From contig CALXZJ010000003.1 in NCBI GenBank assembly GCA_944393235.1, positions 4,291 to 68,290 of the forward strand: a DNA stretch of 64,000 bases. Reading direction: 5' to 3'. The stretch is from an uncultured Alphaproteobacteria bacterium. Lineage in GTDB: Bacteria > Pseudomonadota > Alphaproteobacteria > RF32 > CAG-239. A program made the position numbers and the translations under genes. The first letter of the stretch is position 1; each line of letters begins with the position of its first letter. This document shows, piece by piece, positions 11,892-21,002 of the stretch. Under the pieces are notes generated by a model that saw nothing but the letters and a program-made list of their open reading frames with translations, was not told where the DNA came from and did not search any database.

Positions 11892-12637
11892 TTTAAGCCA
11901 ACCCATAAAAAGGTTTTATCATCGGGATTTAATTGGCAGGCTCGCGGCGTGCCAAGTGTGTTGTTTAAAGCCCGGACGGCTTTGCGATGGTTTGTTTCGT
12001 TTTGTAAAAAGCGGTTGATTGGCTCAATAAAACCGTTTTCTATATTGTCAAAACCTTTGGTAAAGGCAAAGCCGGTTACACCGTCGGTCATCAGTATCAG
12101 ACTTTTGGCTTTTTCAAAAGGGGTAAAACGCAGGCTGTCTTTCCAATCGTCCATGGTGAAAAAATAAGTTTCACAAGAAAACAATCCATTTTCAGGGCGC
12201 GAAACAACGGTATGTGGGTGCGAATCGTTTAATGCAATAGCGGCTCCATCGCCGATATGAAAAAAAATGCCGCCTTTTTTGGTATATACAGTGCCGACAA
12301 CGGTGGCGGCAAAGTCGATTAAACCATTTTCGCTTTTGGTTTTGTTGAAGCGGTGATATATTAGTTTTTGCCGAGAAATTTCTAAGGCTTCGGTTATCTT
12401 TTGTTGGATGTTTTTGAAAGAACAAGAAACCAAAATATCACACAAAGTGTTGCAAACGGTTTTTGCCCCGATTTTACCGTATTTGGCAGAGCCGGCACCG
12501 TCGGATACGACAGCTACCAATCTGCCGCGGCGGCAAACGTGGGCATAACAATCCTGACATGGTAGATTTTTAGCGCGGTGATACTGACCGGTCACGCTGG
12601 TGGCAACAATGTGTATGTTTGGTTTTTTATTCATCAT
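11888..12637 (-). CDS. YegK-like PP2C family phosphatase
   Basis: SVTG.YH....PCQD, VSDGAGSA, HIGDG, TDG, DDKT; start overlaps the vWA stop. Confidence 0.9.
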   Translation of the reverse strand: MMNKKPNIHIVATSVTGQYHRAKNLPCQDCYAHVCRRGRLVAVVSDGAGSAKYGKIGAKTVCNTLCDILVSCSFKNIQQKITEALEISRQKLIYHRFNKTKSENGLIDFAATVVGTVYTKKGGIFFHIGDGAAIALNDSHPHTVVSRPENGLFSCETYFFTMDDWKDSLRFTPFEKAKSLILMTDGVTGFAFTKGFDNIENGFIEPINRFLQNETNHRKAVRALNNTLGTPRACQLNPDDKTFLWVGLK

Positions 12638-13316
12638 TCCAGTCGTTAATATCCTCAAGTAAATCATCAGCATTGGGCGCGGCTTTGGAAATGCAGGAAA
12701 CGCTGCGGCTCAGCCATAAGAAAAATTCGGTAAATTTTAACCCGGTCAGGCGTTTGGGCGACATTAAGGAAAATTTTGCCAGTTTTTCCAAATTTGCCCC
12801 TTGTGTACCAACGGCATGAATAATGACTTTTTTGTTTTGTTGAGCATAACGGCATTTTTCAGCAGCTTGTTCCCAGCCGTAGTCTGTGGGTTCGCCATCA
12901 CTGATTAAGAATATCCATGGACGCTTTGATGTCACGCCGCAGCTGTCGTAGAGGCATTTCTGTTCTTCAATTTTTTGCAAAGCCAATTCCATGGCTTTGC
13001 CAAGAGGTGTTAAACCACCGGCTTCCATGACCGGTGCGGTAAAATTCATGGCGTCAACCCAATCCGAACTGATGACGGCCTCGTCTTTGCCGCAGGCTTT
13101 GATAATTAAGAGTTGAACGCGTGAGCTGGCATCGATATCGTCTTTTAATTCTTTTTCTAAAGCGCTTAAACCGGCGTTGAGCTGCTTTATTGGTTCGCCG
13201 CGCATGGAACCGGAACAATCCAATACCAGCACGCAGGGTGTGCGCTCATTGGCGTTGTCGGCAAATTCTACGTACGGAATCGTTTCATCAGAAGTTTTTT
13301 TGGTTTGTTTTTCCAT
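12627..13316 (-). CDS. TerY/YegL-like vWA domain protein
   Basis: MIDAS DCSGS, GLTPLG, RPWIFLISDGEPTD, F.EFF.WLS.S. Confidence 0.9.
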   Translation of the reverse strand: MEKQTKKTSDETIPYVEFADNANERTPCVLVLDCSGSMRGEPIKQLNAGLSALEKELKDDIDASSRVQLLIIKACGKDEAVISSDWVDAMNFTAPVMEAGGLTPLGKAMELALQKIEEQKCLYDSCGVTSKRPWIFLISDGEPTDYGWEQAAEKCRYAQQNKKVIIHAVGTQGANLEKLAKFSLMSPKRLTGLKFTEFFLWLSRSVSCISKAAPNADDLLEDINDWNDE

Positions 13317-13331
13317 TGGTGAACATCCTTT

Positions 13332-13466
13332 TTAATGTTGCGGATAGTTGTGCGGATATCCGCTTCCTTCAAGAGGTACGGGTTCGGAAACCTTACCGCA
13401 GGCGGTTAAATTTCCTATGGTGAAAATAATAAGCGATATTATAAAAAAATTTAAAATATATTTCAT
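13332..13466 (-). CDS. Small lipoprotein (44 aa), LptM/YifL-like; not in the ORF track
   Basis: Manual translation MKYILNFFIISLIIFTIGNLTACGKVSEPVPLEGSGYPHNYPQH; lipobox LTAC. Confidence 0.75.
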   Translation of the reverse strand: MKYILNFFIISLIIFTIGNLTACGKVSEPVPLEGSGYPHNYPQH

Positions 13467-13556
13467 TTTTTAACCTTTTTGTTGTATTCGGATTGAGGAT
13501 TATTATATTCAAAGAGATTGTAAAATACAAAGTAAAATTAAGGATTTTCACAAGGT

Positions 13557-14084
13557 ATGTTAAAACTTATTATTCAAACAGTCGTTGGCGTTTTGTTGTT
13601 GTCGGCTCCGGTACAAGCCGAAGACAATGTTAATATTTATCCGGAGCCGCGTGAGGCTCCGACGCATGAAATTATTCATCAAAGCGGTAAAAGTTACCGG
13701 CTTTCGGATTTTAAAGGCGATTTTGTGGTGGCAATTTTTTGGTCGCGCGATTGTGGTCCTTGTTTGGCTGAGCTGGAAAGCTTGAACGGTTTTCATAACG
13801 CCGTTAAAAATAACGGCGTCAGATTGCTGTTGATTTCACCAAAGGAAGAATGGCGTTCTGTTGAAGAGCAAAAGCGTTTTTTGAAACGTTATGATGCACC
13901 CGATGTGGATTTTTATGTTGATGAAAGAGGGTTAACTGCTGCGGATTTGGGAATTTTTATCAGCCCGCATACGGTTTTGTTTAATGAAAAAGGTGAGGAA
14001 ATCGGGCGTATTCGCGGCAGTGCCAAATGGGATCGAGATGACGTGATTGAATATATATATCAATTGAAAGAAAAGTATGGTTAA
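13557..14084 (+). CDS. TlpA-family thiol-disulfide oxidoreductase
   Basis: Signal peptide, LSDFKG, FWSRDCGPC..E, GEEIGRIRGSAKWD. Confidence 0.88.
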   Translation: MLKLIIQTVVGVLLLSAPVQAEDNVNIYPEPREAPTHEIIHQSGKSYRLSDFKGDFVVAIFWSRDCGPCLAELESLNGFHNAVKNNGVRLLLISPKEEWRSVEEQKRFLKRYDAPDVDFYVDERGLTAADLGIFISPHTVLFNEKGEEIGRIRGSAKWDRDDVIEYIYQLKEKYG

Positions 14085-14199
14085 AGTTTATGATGCAACG
14101 AGTTGCTGTTTGTATGGCATTTAGGAAAAACCTTGACGACAAGGCTTTAATGTTATACTCTTAAAATATGGGGATTTGAGATATCTGAGGGCTGACGGA

Positions 14200-15396
14200 A
14201 TGCGGATATTGTTTAAATTTTTTGTGTTATTGTTTTTGGTTATGGCAGCACAAGCAAATGCCAAAGTTTGTTTTTTGCCCGGTGTTTTAAATGGCGACGG
14301 CTGCCTTGATAACAGCAGTTGGGCAGGCGGCTGCTCTAATTATCCCAGAACTCAGCCATGCGAGCCCGGCTATGAAGAACAAACATGTACCAGCAAAGGA
14401 AGGACGTATTACCGTTGTTCTTGCCGAAGCGATAATTTTTTAGATTCTCAGGGAAAGTATGTGTGTAAAGGCGGCAGCTTTGATGATCCGTGCGGCTGCG
14501 CTCCAGAAAACACTTATTGTAGTTCAGATTATAAGTATCAGAACTGTGATGAGTATCCCGGTACAACGGCGAGTTCTTCTTGCCTTAGCCCGGCAGAAGG
14601 GATTACTTATTATAAAGACTGTGTTTGTTCAAAAGATATTTATCCTTTTAATAAATGCTCGGAAAAAGGTTTGAAAGAGCCAAGCGGTATTATCAGTGGT
14701 TTATATTGTGAAGAACCCAACGGAACCACTTGGTATTCGCAATGCGATTGTGATGATTCATGGAGTTATGAAGAATGCAATGATAGGTCAGACGGATGTA
14801 CATTGTTGGTAGATTCTGTTTATAATGGTCGGGATTATTGCTATCTTTGCGGTGCGGAAACCTGCAGTGACTCTAACCAAGTTAATTTGGAATCTTATTG
14901 GTGCAATGTGTCAACTAGCATCACAACCAATTGTGCGTCTTTAGGATATGATTATAAAACAGTTTGTGCGGACGGCACAACCGGTACGAAATGTCCATTC
15001 GACAGCGATTATGTTTATTGTTCCGAACCGAAAGTTTGTCCTAAGGGAAGTTATAGTACCAGATCTGCTTGTATGGGGCTTTCGCTTAACTTGACTGATA
15101 AAGTTGTTACGGATGGGAGTTTGATCAAAGAGCCAATCGGAACAACCGGTTCGGCAACTTTAACGGCTACTAAAAGCAGCAGCGAGGATAAAGTTTTTGA
15201 CCTTTCAGATAAGTTCGTTGATGTTAATACAGGTTTAACGGTTGATTTTGATCACATCCTTGGAGATTATGAGCACGTCGTTGATTTTGATAAGATTCAA
15301 GCGTTATATCTTTGTAACCAAAATTCGGATGGATGTTGGTCGCGTAGAACTAATATTGTAAAGCCGGTAAATCCTGTTTTTCCCGTTAATCCTTGA
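14200..15396 (+). CDS. Cysteine-rich exported protein of unknown function
   Basis: Signal peptide ending ANA; about 33 Cys; repeated (Y/W)Yx(1-2)CxC motifs. Confidence 0.75.
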   Translation: MRILFKFFVLLFLVMAAQANAKVCFLPGVLNGDGCLDNSSWAGGCSNYPRTQPCEPGYEEQTCTSKGRTYYRCSCRSDNFLDSQGKYVCKGGSFDDPCGCAPENTYCSSDYKYQNCDEYPGTTASSSCLSPAEGITYYKDCVCSKDIYPFNKCSEKGLKEPSGIISGLYCEEPNGTTWYSQCDCDDSWSYEECNDRSDGCTLLVDSVYNGRDYCYLCGAETCSDSNQVNLESYWCNVSTSITTNCASLGYDYKTVCADGTTGTKCPFDSDYVYCSEPKVCPKGSYSTRSACMGLSLNLTDKVVTDGSLIKEPIGTTGSATLTATKSSSEDKVFDLSDKFVDVNTGLTVDFDHILGDYEHVVDFDKIQALYLCNQNSDGCWSRRTNIVKPVNPVFPVNP

Positions 15397-15420
15397 TCTT
15401 AATTTCAAGTTTATGGCGGT

Positions 15421-16017
15421 TTAGAGCCATTTAATCAGCATGAAACTGCCGATTAAAAGGATTAAGAACAAAACAGAAAGCCAACCCAAATTCTTTTCAA
15501 TAAAGACTTTCATCGGTTCGCCGTATTTCTTTAACAGCCAAGCCACAAAGAAAAACCGCATGCCGCGCGCTAAAATGGAGGCAACCGTAAAGACAAACAA
15601 ATCCAAATGGACAACGCCGCTGGCAATGGTGATGATTTTATATGGGAAAGGCGTTAAGCCGGCACCAAAGACAATCCAAGCCCCGAATTTGTGATAGTAG
15701 TCTTCAAACTCTTGAAACTGCTCAAGCGCATTGTACATTTCCAAAATCGGTTTGGCAATCCAGTCAAAGCAAAAAGCGCCGATAACATAACCGAAATATC
15801 CGCCCAAAACACTGGCAATTGTTGCAAGGCCGGCAATACGCCAAGCTTTGTTCGGTGTGGCTAAAACCATCGGGATAATCATGACATCCGGCGGAATTGG
15901 GAAAAACGAGCTTTCGGCAAAAGCCACTAAAAACAAAAAGAACATGGCGTTGGTGTGCGCCGAAAGTTTGAGCATTAAATCATACATTTGGTGTAAAAGC
16001 TGGTGTATGCGTTGCAT
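15421..16017 (-). CDS. YqaA/DedA family membrane protein
   Basis: FAESSFFPIPPD, AGLTPFPYK, RGMRFF. Confidence 0.9.
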   Translation of the reverse strand: MQRIHQLLHQMYDLMLKLSAHTNAMFFLFLVAFAESSFFPIPPDVMIIPMVLATPNKAWRIAGLATIASVLGGYFGYVIGAFCFDWIAKPILEMYNALEQFQEFEDYYHKFGAWIVFGAGLTPFPYKIITIASGVVHLDLFVFTVASILARGMRFFFVAWLLKKYGEPMKVFIEKNLGWLSVLFLILLIGSFMLIKWL

Positions 16018-16091
16018 GTTTTTCCCCGGTAAAAATTGAAACACCCTCAATTTATGCCGTATAATTTTTGTTTTGACAATACCTTATTTTT

Positions 16092-16466
16092 TTAATGTAG
16101 ATAGTTTGTTTGATTTTTTTTGATAATGCTTAGTATTTGATCTTTTTTTAATGTGTTTGAGTTAAATTCAACCTGGTGAAAATTTTGGTTGTTTTGAAAT
16201 TTGGCTGATGCGTTGAGATATACTTCCGGACAAGTTTTGCCGCATAAGATTTTTTCAACATTTTTCCACGTTTGAGAATCCGGTAAAAAATTGTCTGAAA
16301 AATTCATGATGACAATATCGGGATTGATTTCACCGGAATATTGTAAAAGCTGATAAAGGTTATTGAACCCGAAAATTAAAAAACCTTGTGCCTCCATTTC
16401 TTGGCGGAGAAGTTGGTTTTGTTCAAGATTGTTTTCAAAAATAAAGACTTTCCCGAAAGCCGACAT
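16092..16466 (-). CDS. Degenerate receiver-like single-domain protein
   Basis: KVFIFENN...PDIVIMN resembles a REC fold, with Asn at the phosphoacceptor position. Confidence 0.5.
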   Translation of the reverse strand: MSAFGKVFIFENNLEQNQLLRQEMEAQGFLIFGFNNLYQLLQYSGEINPDIVIMNFSDNFLPDSQTWKNVEKILCGKTCPEVYLNASAKFQNNQNFHQVEFNSNTLKKDQILSIIKKNQTNYLH

Positions 16467-16527
16467 GGTTTTCTCCCGTTTGTTATAGGAGATTTTTATA
16501 TATGCTTTGCGAGGTTTGTTTTGTAGG

Positions 16528-17370
16528 TTATTTATGATTTTGTTTTAAATATGCTTCGTAAGTGTTTTGTAACAGCATGGCAACCGTCATTGGTCCGACG
16601 CCTCCGGGAACGGGGGTGAAAAAAGAGGCTTTTTCAGCGGCGGCGGCTTCAATGTCGCCGCAAAGTTTGCCATTTATGCGATTAATACCAACGTCGATTA
16701 GGACGGCGCCTTCTTTTATCCACTCGGCTTTAACCATTTGCGGGCAACCACAGGCAGCAATGATGATGTCAGCCGTTTTTACCAATTGGGGTAAATTTTG
16801 GGTGTGAATATGTGCAAATGTAACTGTGCAGCCATGCTGCAAAAGCAACATGCCCGCCGGGCGGCCGACGATTTTGGAACAGCCGATGATAAGCGCGTTT
16901 TTGCCGGTTAAATCGATTTTTTCTTTTTCCAAAAGATATAAAATCCCTTTCGGGGTTGCGGCAAGCAGGGCTTTGCTTGAGCCGTTTTGCAAACGACCAA
17001 TGTTTAGCGGGTGAAACCCGTCAACATCTTTTTTAGGGGCGATAAGGTCAAGCAGTTCTTCCTCATTTAAATGTGCCGGCAAAGGCAATTGAACAATCAT
17101 ACCATTGATGTTTTTATTATTATTTAAAGTGATAATTAAATCTGCAATTTCTTTTTGAGAAACATCTTCAGAAAATTTGTGCAAAACGGCATTTATGCCG
17201 ATGGCGGCGGCAGCTTTGAGCTTGTTACGGACATAGATGGTGCTGGCTTCATCATCGCCGACTTGGATGATGGCAAGACCTGGCGCGGAAGGCAGTTCGG
17301 CAATGTCGCTTTTTAAGACGGCTTCCAATTCTTCGGCAGTTTTTTTGCCGTTGATGATTTGTGCACTCAT
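16528..17370 (-). CDS. folD: Methylenetetrahydrofolate dehydrogenase/cyclohydrolase
   Basis: YVRNK, VQLPLP, KDVDGFHP, TPVPGGVGPMT. Confidence 0.97.
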   Translation of the reverse strand: MSAQIINGKKTAEELEAVLKSDIAELPSAPGLAIIQVGDDEASTIYVRNKLKAAAAIGINAVLHKFSEDVSQKEIADLIITLNNNKNINGMIVQLPLPAHLNEEELLDLIAPKKDVDGFHPLNIGRLQNGSSKALLAATPKGILYLLEKEKIDLTGKNALIIGCSKIVGRPAGMLLLQHGCTVTFAHIHTQNLPQLVKTADIIIAACGCPQMVKAEWIKEGAVLIDVGINRINGKLCGDIEAAAAEKASFFTPVPGGVGPMTVAMLLQNTYEAYLKQNHK

Positions 17371-17672
17371 GTTTGTCCCTCTGCTAATTTTGAAATGTTT
17401 TTTGCGTCTACGTTAGTTATGTATATTTTTTTTAACCGATTTTGCATGCCGTTGACAATGGTTATTGCTGATTTCGGAATGTTAAGCATTTTTGCCAAAA
17501 AGTCAATAAGTTCTTTGTTGGCTTTGCCGTTTTCCGGTACGGAAACGACGTTTATTTTTAAATAAGTCTGATTGTGTTCGTCAAAAAACAATCCGTTTAT
17601 TCGACAACAAGAAGAGTTAGGGGTTAACCTAACTCTTAGTATATAGCCATTGTCTTTTTCTTCAAAAAACAT
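17367..17672 (-). CDS. DUF167/YggU family protein
   Basis: VRLTPNS, PENGKANKELIDFLAK; adjacent to yggT and folD. Confidence 0.88.
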   Translation of the reverse strand: MFFEEKDNGYILRVRLTPNSSCCRINGLFFDEHNQTYLKINVVSVPENGKANKELIDFLAKMLNIPKSAITIVNGMQNRLKKIYITNVDAKNISKLAEGQT

Positions 17673-17696
17673 GGGTGGATTAAACCCAAAGGTGGT

Positions 17697-17996
17697 TTAT
17701 AACACCATTTCTCTTAAAACGTAAATCAGGCGGGCAACAAAAAACAGCGCCAACAGTAAAATAAACGGCGAAGCATCAAAGTCAGCAAATGGCGGAATTT
17801 TTGCCCGGATTTTTTTGTATACCGGTTCTGTTGCCATTTTTAAGATGTCCATAAATTTTTGGGCATATTTGTTGGTTATGCTGATAATCTTGAAATGTAA
17901 CAGCCAGAATAACACAATTTCAACAACAACAATTTTGAAATATATGTCAACAACCAAAGCCAGTGTGTCAAAGAAAGGGATTAAAAGCATTCCCAT
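17697..17996 (-). CDS. YggT family membrane protein
   Basis: TEPVY..IR..IPP...FD.SP. Confidence 0.85.
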   Translation of the reverse strand: MGMLLIPFFDTLALVVDIYFKIVVVEIVLFWLLHFKIISITNKYAQKFMDILKMATEPVYKKIRAKIPPFADFDASPFILLLALFFVARLIYVLREMVL

Positions 17997-18018
17997 TATT
18001 TTTCTCCTTTATATAAAG

Positions 18019-19038
18019 TTAAAAGTCTCTTTCATTCATTTTTTCATTCAATCGAGCATTTACAATGTTGTACTTTACACGAAATGTATTTTTACGTCCA
18101 GATAATTCTTGCAGTTTATCAGCAATTTCTTGCGTCCGCGGCTGTTCGGTTTGTGTGTCCGGTATTGCATGACTAATATGCATTTCCGGTTCACGCGCCA
18201 GGTCATGTGCCAATTGGTATTCTTGGGCAATATAGTTTATATCTTCTTCTTCCATTTGGTCAAGTATGGCATTTAAGAGGTTGTCATAATAGTTAAAATC
18301 TTCGTCTAAATCATCATCATCGTCATGATTGATGTTAAGATTAATTTTTTGTTGGCGGGTAATATCATAACCGAAGGGTAATTTTGCCAAGCCGCGATAT
18401 AATTTATAATAAGGAACTGCCGCTTCATATTCGGCTCGTGATATTTCTTTGTCGGCTTGATTGCGCGTGCGGTTTTCAATGGCTGAGCGCATTTCGCGTA
18501 ATTTGGCAAGTTTGTAACGTATTTGTTTGGCTTTTTCATGAGCTTCAGGGTTTTTACTGCTTTGATAAAGCCCTAAGCAAACCAGTAGTTCTGCCTCGCG
18601 TTGGTGGCTGAAATCAAGAAATTCGTTTCTTTTTTCTAAATCTTCTTCAGTGACAAAACCGTCGTTCATATTTTTTAAAATATCGGTTGTTTCGTCCAGC
18701 CAACGGAAATATTCCTGTGAAGATGAGGTTTCGCTATTGATGTTTTCTATGCTTTGAGCAATCATGGATTGTAAATCCTGTGCGTGTTCAACACTCTTGC
18801 CGCTGCCTAAATTTTCAATCGTGTTGGCAACTTCATAACGCAAATCTGATGCCGAAATATTGCGACCGCCAATTTTTACTTGTCTATCCTGCGGGGCAAA
18901 AATTGTTTCCCGTGTTGCTTGGCGCATTGCTTTTTCGTTAAGGTCTTTATAAGTAGAAAGCAAGGCACGTTTGATAATTTCTGTTTCTTTTTCTTTTTTG
19001 ATGTTTTCTTCTTCGCGTTGTACGTCATATTTATCCAT
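18019..19038 (-). CDS. Hypothetical acidic helical protein
   Basis: 339-aa ORF with AGGAG RBS; no recognised family. Confidence 0.65.
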   Translation of the reverse strand: MDKYDVQREEENIKKEKETEIIKRALLSTYKDLNEKAMRQATRETIFAPQDRQVKIGGRNISASDLRYEVANTIENLGSGKSVEHAQDLQSMIAQSIENINSETSSSQEYFRWLDETTDILKNMNDGFVTEEDLEKRNEFLDFSHQREAELLVCLGLYQSSKNPEAHEKAKQIRYKLAKLREMRSAIENRTRNQADKEISRAEYEAAVPYYKLYRGLAKLPFGYDITRQQKINLNINHDDDDDLDEDFNYYDNLLNAILDQMEEEDINYIAQEYQLAHDLAREPEMHISHAIPDTQTEQPRTQEIADKLQELSGRKNTFRVKYNIVNARLNEKMNERDF

Positions 19039-19060
19039 GTTGCATCTCCTGTGGCTTTAT

Positions 19061-19501
19061 TTAAGCATCTTCGAAAATGATTTTTCCTTGCTCAATCCAG
19101 ATGATTTTATCAACCACCCAATTGCTGATTTGTTCAATCTTTTCAAGTTCAATGCCAACGGCTTTGCCGATGTTGCCAATAAAAACGACCTCGTCATCGC
19201 TTAAATCGCTGTCGGAGTGCCCCAGTAAGCAGAGCTCTTTTATCAGCTCTAAATAAACGCGCCGATTGCCTAGTTTTTTTATTTCGTTTAAAATATTTTC
19301 TTCTGTTTGAAAGTCGAAAATTTGAGAAGATTGTTGAATTTGAAATTTTTCGGCAGCGTCTTTAATATATTTGATTTCTTCTTCATCAAGCCGACCGTCA
19401 ATTTTTGCCATATAGGCAAGCGCTTTTAAAAAGATGATTTTTTGTTCTTCGCTTAATTTTGATATAAAGCTGTTGGCTTCCAGAGTTTCAGTATAAGTCA
19501 T
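19061..19501 (-). CDS. TerB-family (tellurite resistance TerB-like) protein
   Basis: MAKIDGRLDEEE and GHSDSDLSDDE paired motifs. Confidence 0.75.
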   Translation of the reverse strand: MTYTETLEANSFISKLSEEQKIIFLKALAYMAKIDGRLDEEEIKYIKDAAEKFQIQQSSQIFDFQTEENILNEIKKLGNRRVYLELIKELCLLGHSDSDLSDDEVVFIGNIGKAVGIELEKIEQISNWVVDKIIWIEQGKIIFEDA

Positions 19502-19670
19502 AATTGTTGGTTTCCTCTATTTGTTTGATAACATCATAATGCTATTTCTGATTTTTTCAATAAAAAAAGAAAGTTTTTGATGTTGCCGGCAAAATTAAAA
19601 AAGTGTTTGAAAAATATTAAGGATTGGCATAGCATAATAGACAATTAAATAAAGATTAAAAGAAAGAAGC

Positions 19671-21002
19671 ATGTCTAAAAAATATTTTATCAAAACTTTT
19701 GGCTGCCAGATGAATGTGTATGATTCACACCGGATGGCGGTTATGTTGGAAAATTTGGGGTTTGTGCCGGCAAAAAATCAGACCGAAGCGGATTTGGTGT
19801 TGTTTAATACCTGTCATATTCGGGAAAAAGCCGCAGAAAAAGTTTTTTCCGATTTGGGACGCGCGTATTTAATTAAGCAAGAGCGTGCCGAAAAAGGGTT
19901 GGATACAATCATCGGTGTTGCCGGCTGCGTCGTGCAGGCCGAAGATGAAGAAATTGCCAAACGGGCGCCGTATGTTGATTTTGCTCTCGGACCGTTGACA
20001 TATCATCGCTTGCCGGAGATGTTGGCAAAAATCAGCCGTAAGCACGGAACAACATTAATAGATACGGATTTTCCGGCTGAGGCAAAATTTGATTTTCTGC
20101 CGGAAAACCGTGCTGAGGGCGGATGTTCTTTTTTGGCGGTGCAGGAAGGCTGCAACAACTTTTGCACTTATTGCGTGGTGCCTTATACCCGCGGTGCGGA
20201 ATATTCACGGCCGGTGGCGGAAGTGGTGGCGGAGGCAAAGCGTTTGCTGGCAACCGGTACCTTGGAAATCAATCTGTTGGGGCAAAATGTTAATTCATAT
20301 CATGGTGAAGACGAATCCGGCAAAGAACGGAATTTAGCCTATCTTTTGCAAAAAATTGCTGAATTGGATGGTTTGAAACGGCTGCGTTACACGACTTCTT
20401 ATCCAGCCGATGTCGATGATGATTTAATCGCCTGTCATCGGGATTTGCAGGTATTGATGCCGTATTTGCATTTGCCGGTGCAGTCCGGTTCGGATAAAAT
20501 TTTGAAGACGATGAACCGTCGTCATGACCGCAAGCAATATCTTGAGGTGATTGAAAAATTGCAAAAAGCTAATGACAAGCTGCGTTTTTCATCGGATTTT
20601 ATTGTCGGTTTTCCGGGAGAAACAGATGCAGATTTTGAACAAACCTTGAGTTTGGTCAATGAAGTTAAATATATTCAAGCTTTTTCTTTTAAATATAGTC
20701 GTCGGCCGGGAACGCCGGCAGCCGTGATGCCCGGACAGGTGGAAGAAAAGGTTAAAAAAGAACGTTTGGATATTTTGCAAAAGCTGTTGTTTGATTATCA
20801 AACAAAATTTAACGAGGCTTGCATCGGAAAGGCTTTTGAGGTGCTGTTTGAACAAAAAGGACGGCACAAAGGACAACTTATCGGTCGGACGCCGTATATG
20901 CAGAATCTGCATGCGAAAGCCGATGAAAATATGTTAAATAAAATTGTTGAAGTTCGGGTTACGGACGCAACGACAAATTCTTTAAGCGGAGAGGTATTAT
21001 AA
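19671..21002 (+). CDS. miaB: tRNA-i6A37 methylthiotransferase
   Basis: GCQMNVYDS, NTCHIREKA, CNNFCTYC, TRAM domain. Confidence 0.97.
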   Translation: MSKKYFIKTFGCQMNVYDSHRMAVMLENLGFVPAKNQTEADLVLFNTCHIREKAAEKVFSDLGRAYLIKQERAEKGLDTIIGVAGCVVQAEDEEIAKRAPYVDFALGPLTYHRLPEMLAKISRKHGTTLIDTDFPAEAKFDFLPENRAEGGCSFLAVQEGCNNFCTYCVVPYTRGAEYSRPVAEVVAEAKRLLATGTLEINLLGQNVNSYHGEDESGKERNLAYLLQKIAELDGLKRLRYTTSYPADVDDDLIACHRDLQVLMPYLHLPVQSGSDKILKTMNRRHDRKQYLEVIEKLQKANDKLRFSSDFIVGFPGETDADFEQTLSLVNEVKYIQAFSFKYSRRPGTPAAVMPGQVEEKVKKERLDILQKLLFDYQTKFNEACIGKAFEVLFEQKGRHKGQLIGRTPYMQNLHAKADENMLNKIVEVRVTDATTNSLSGEVL

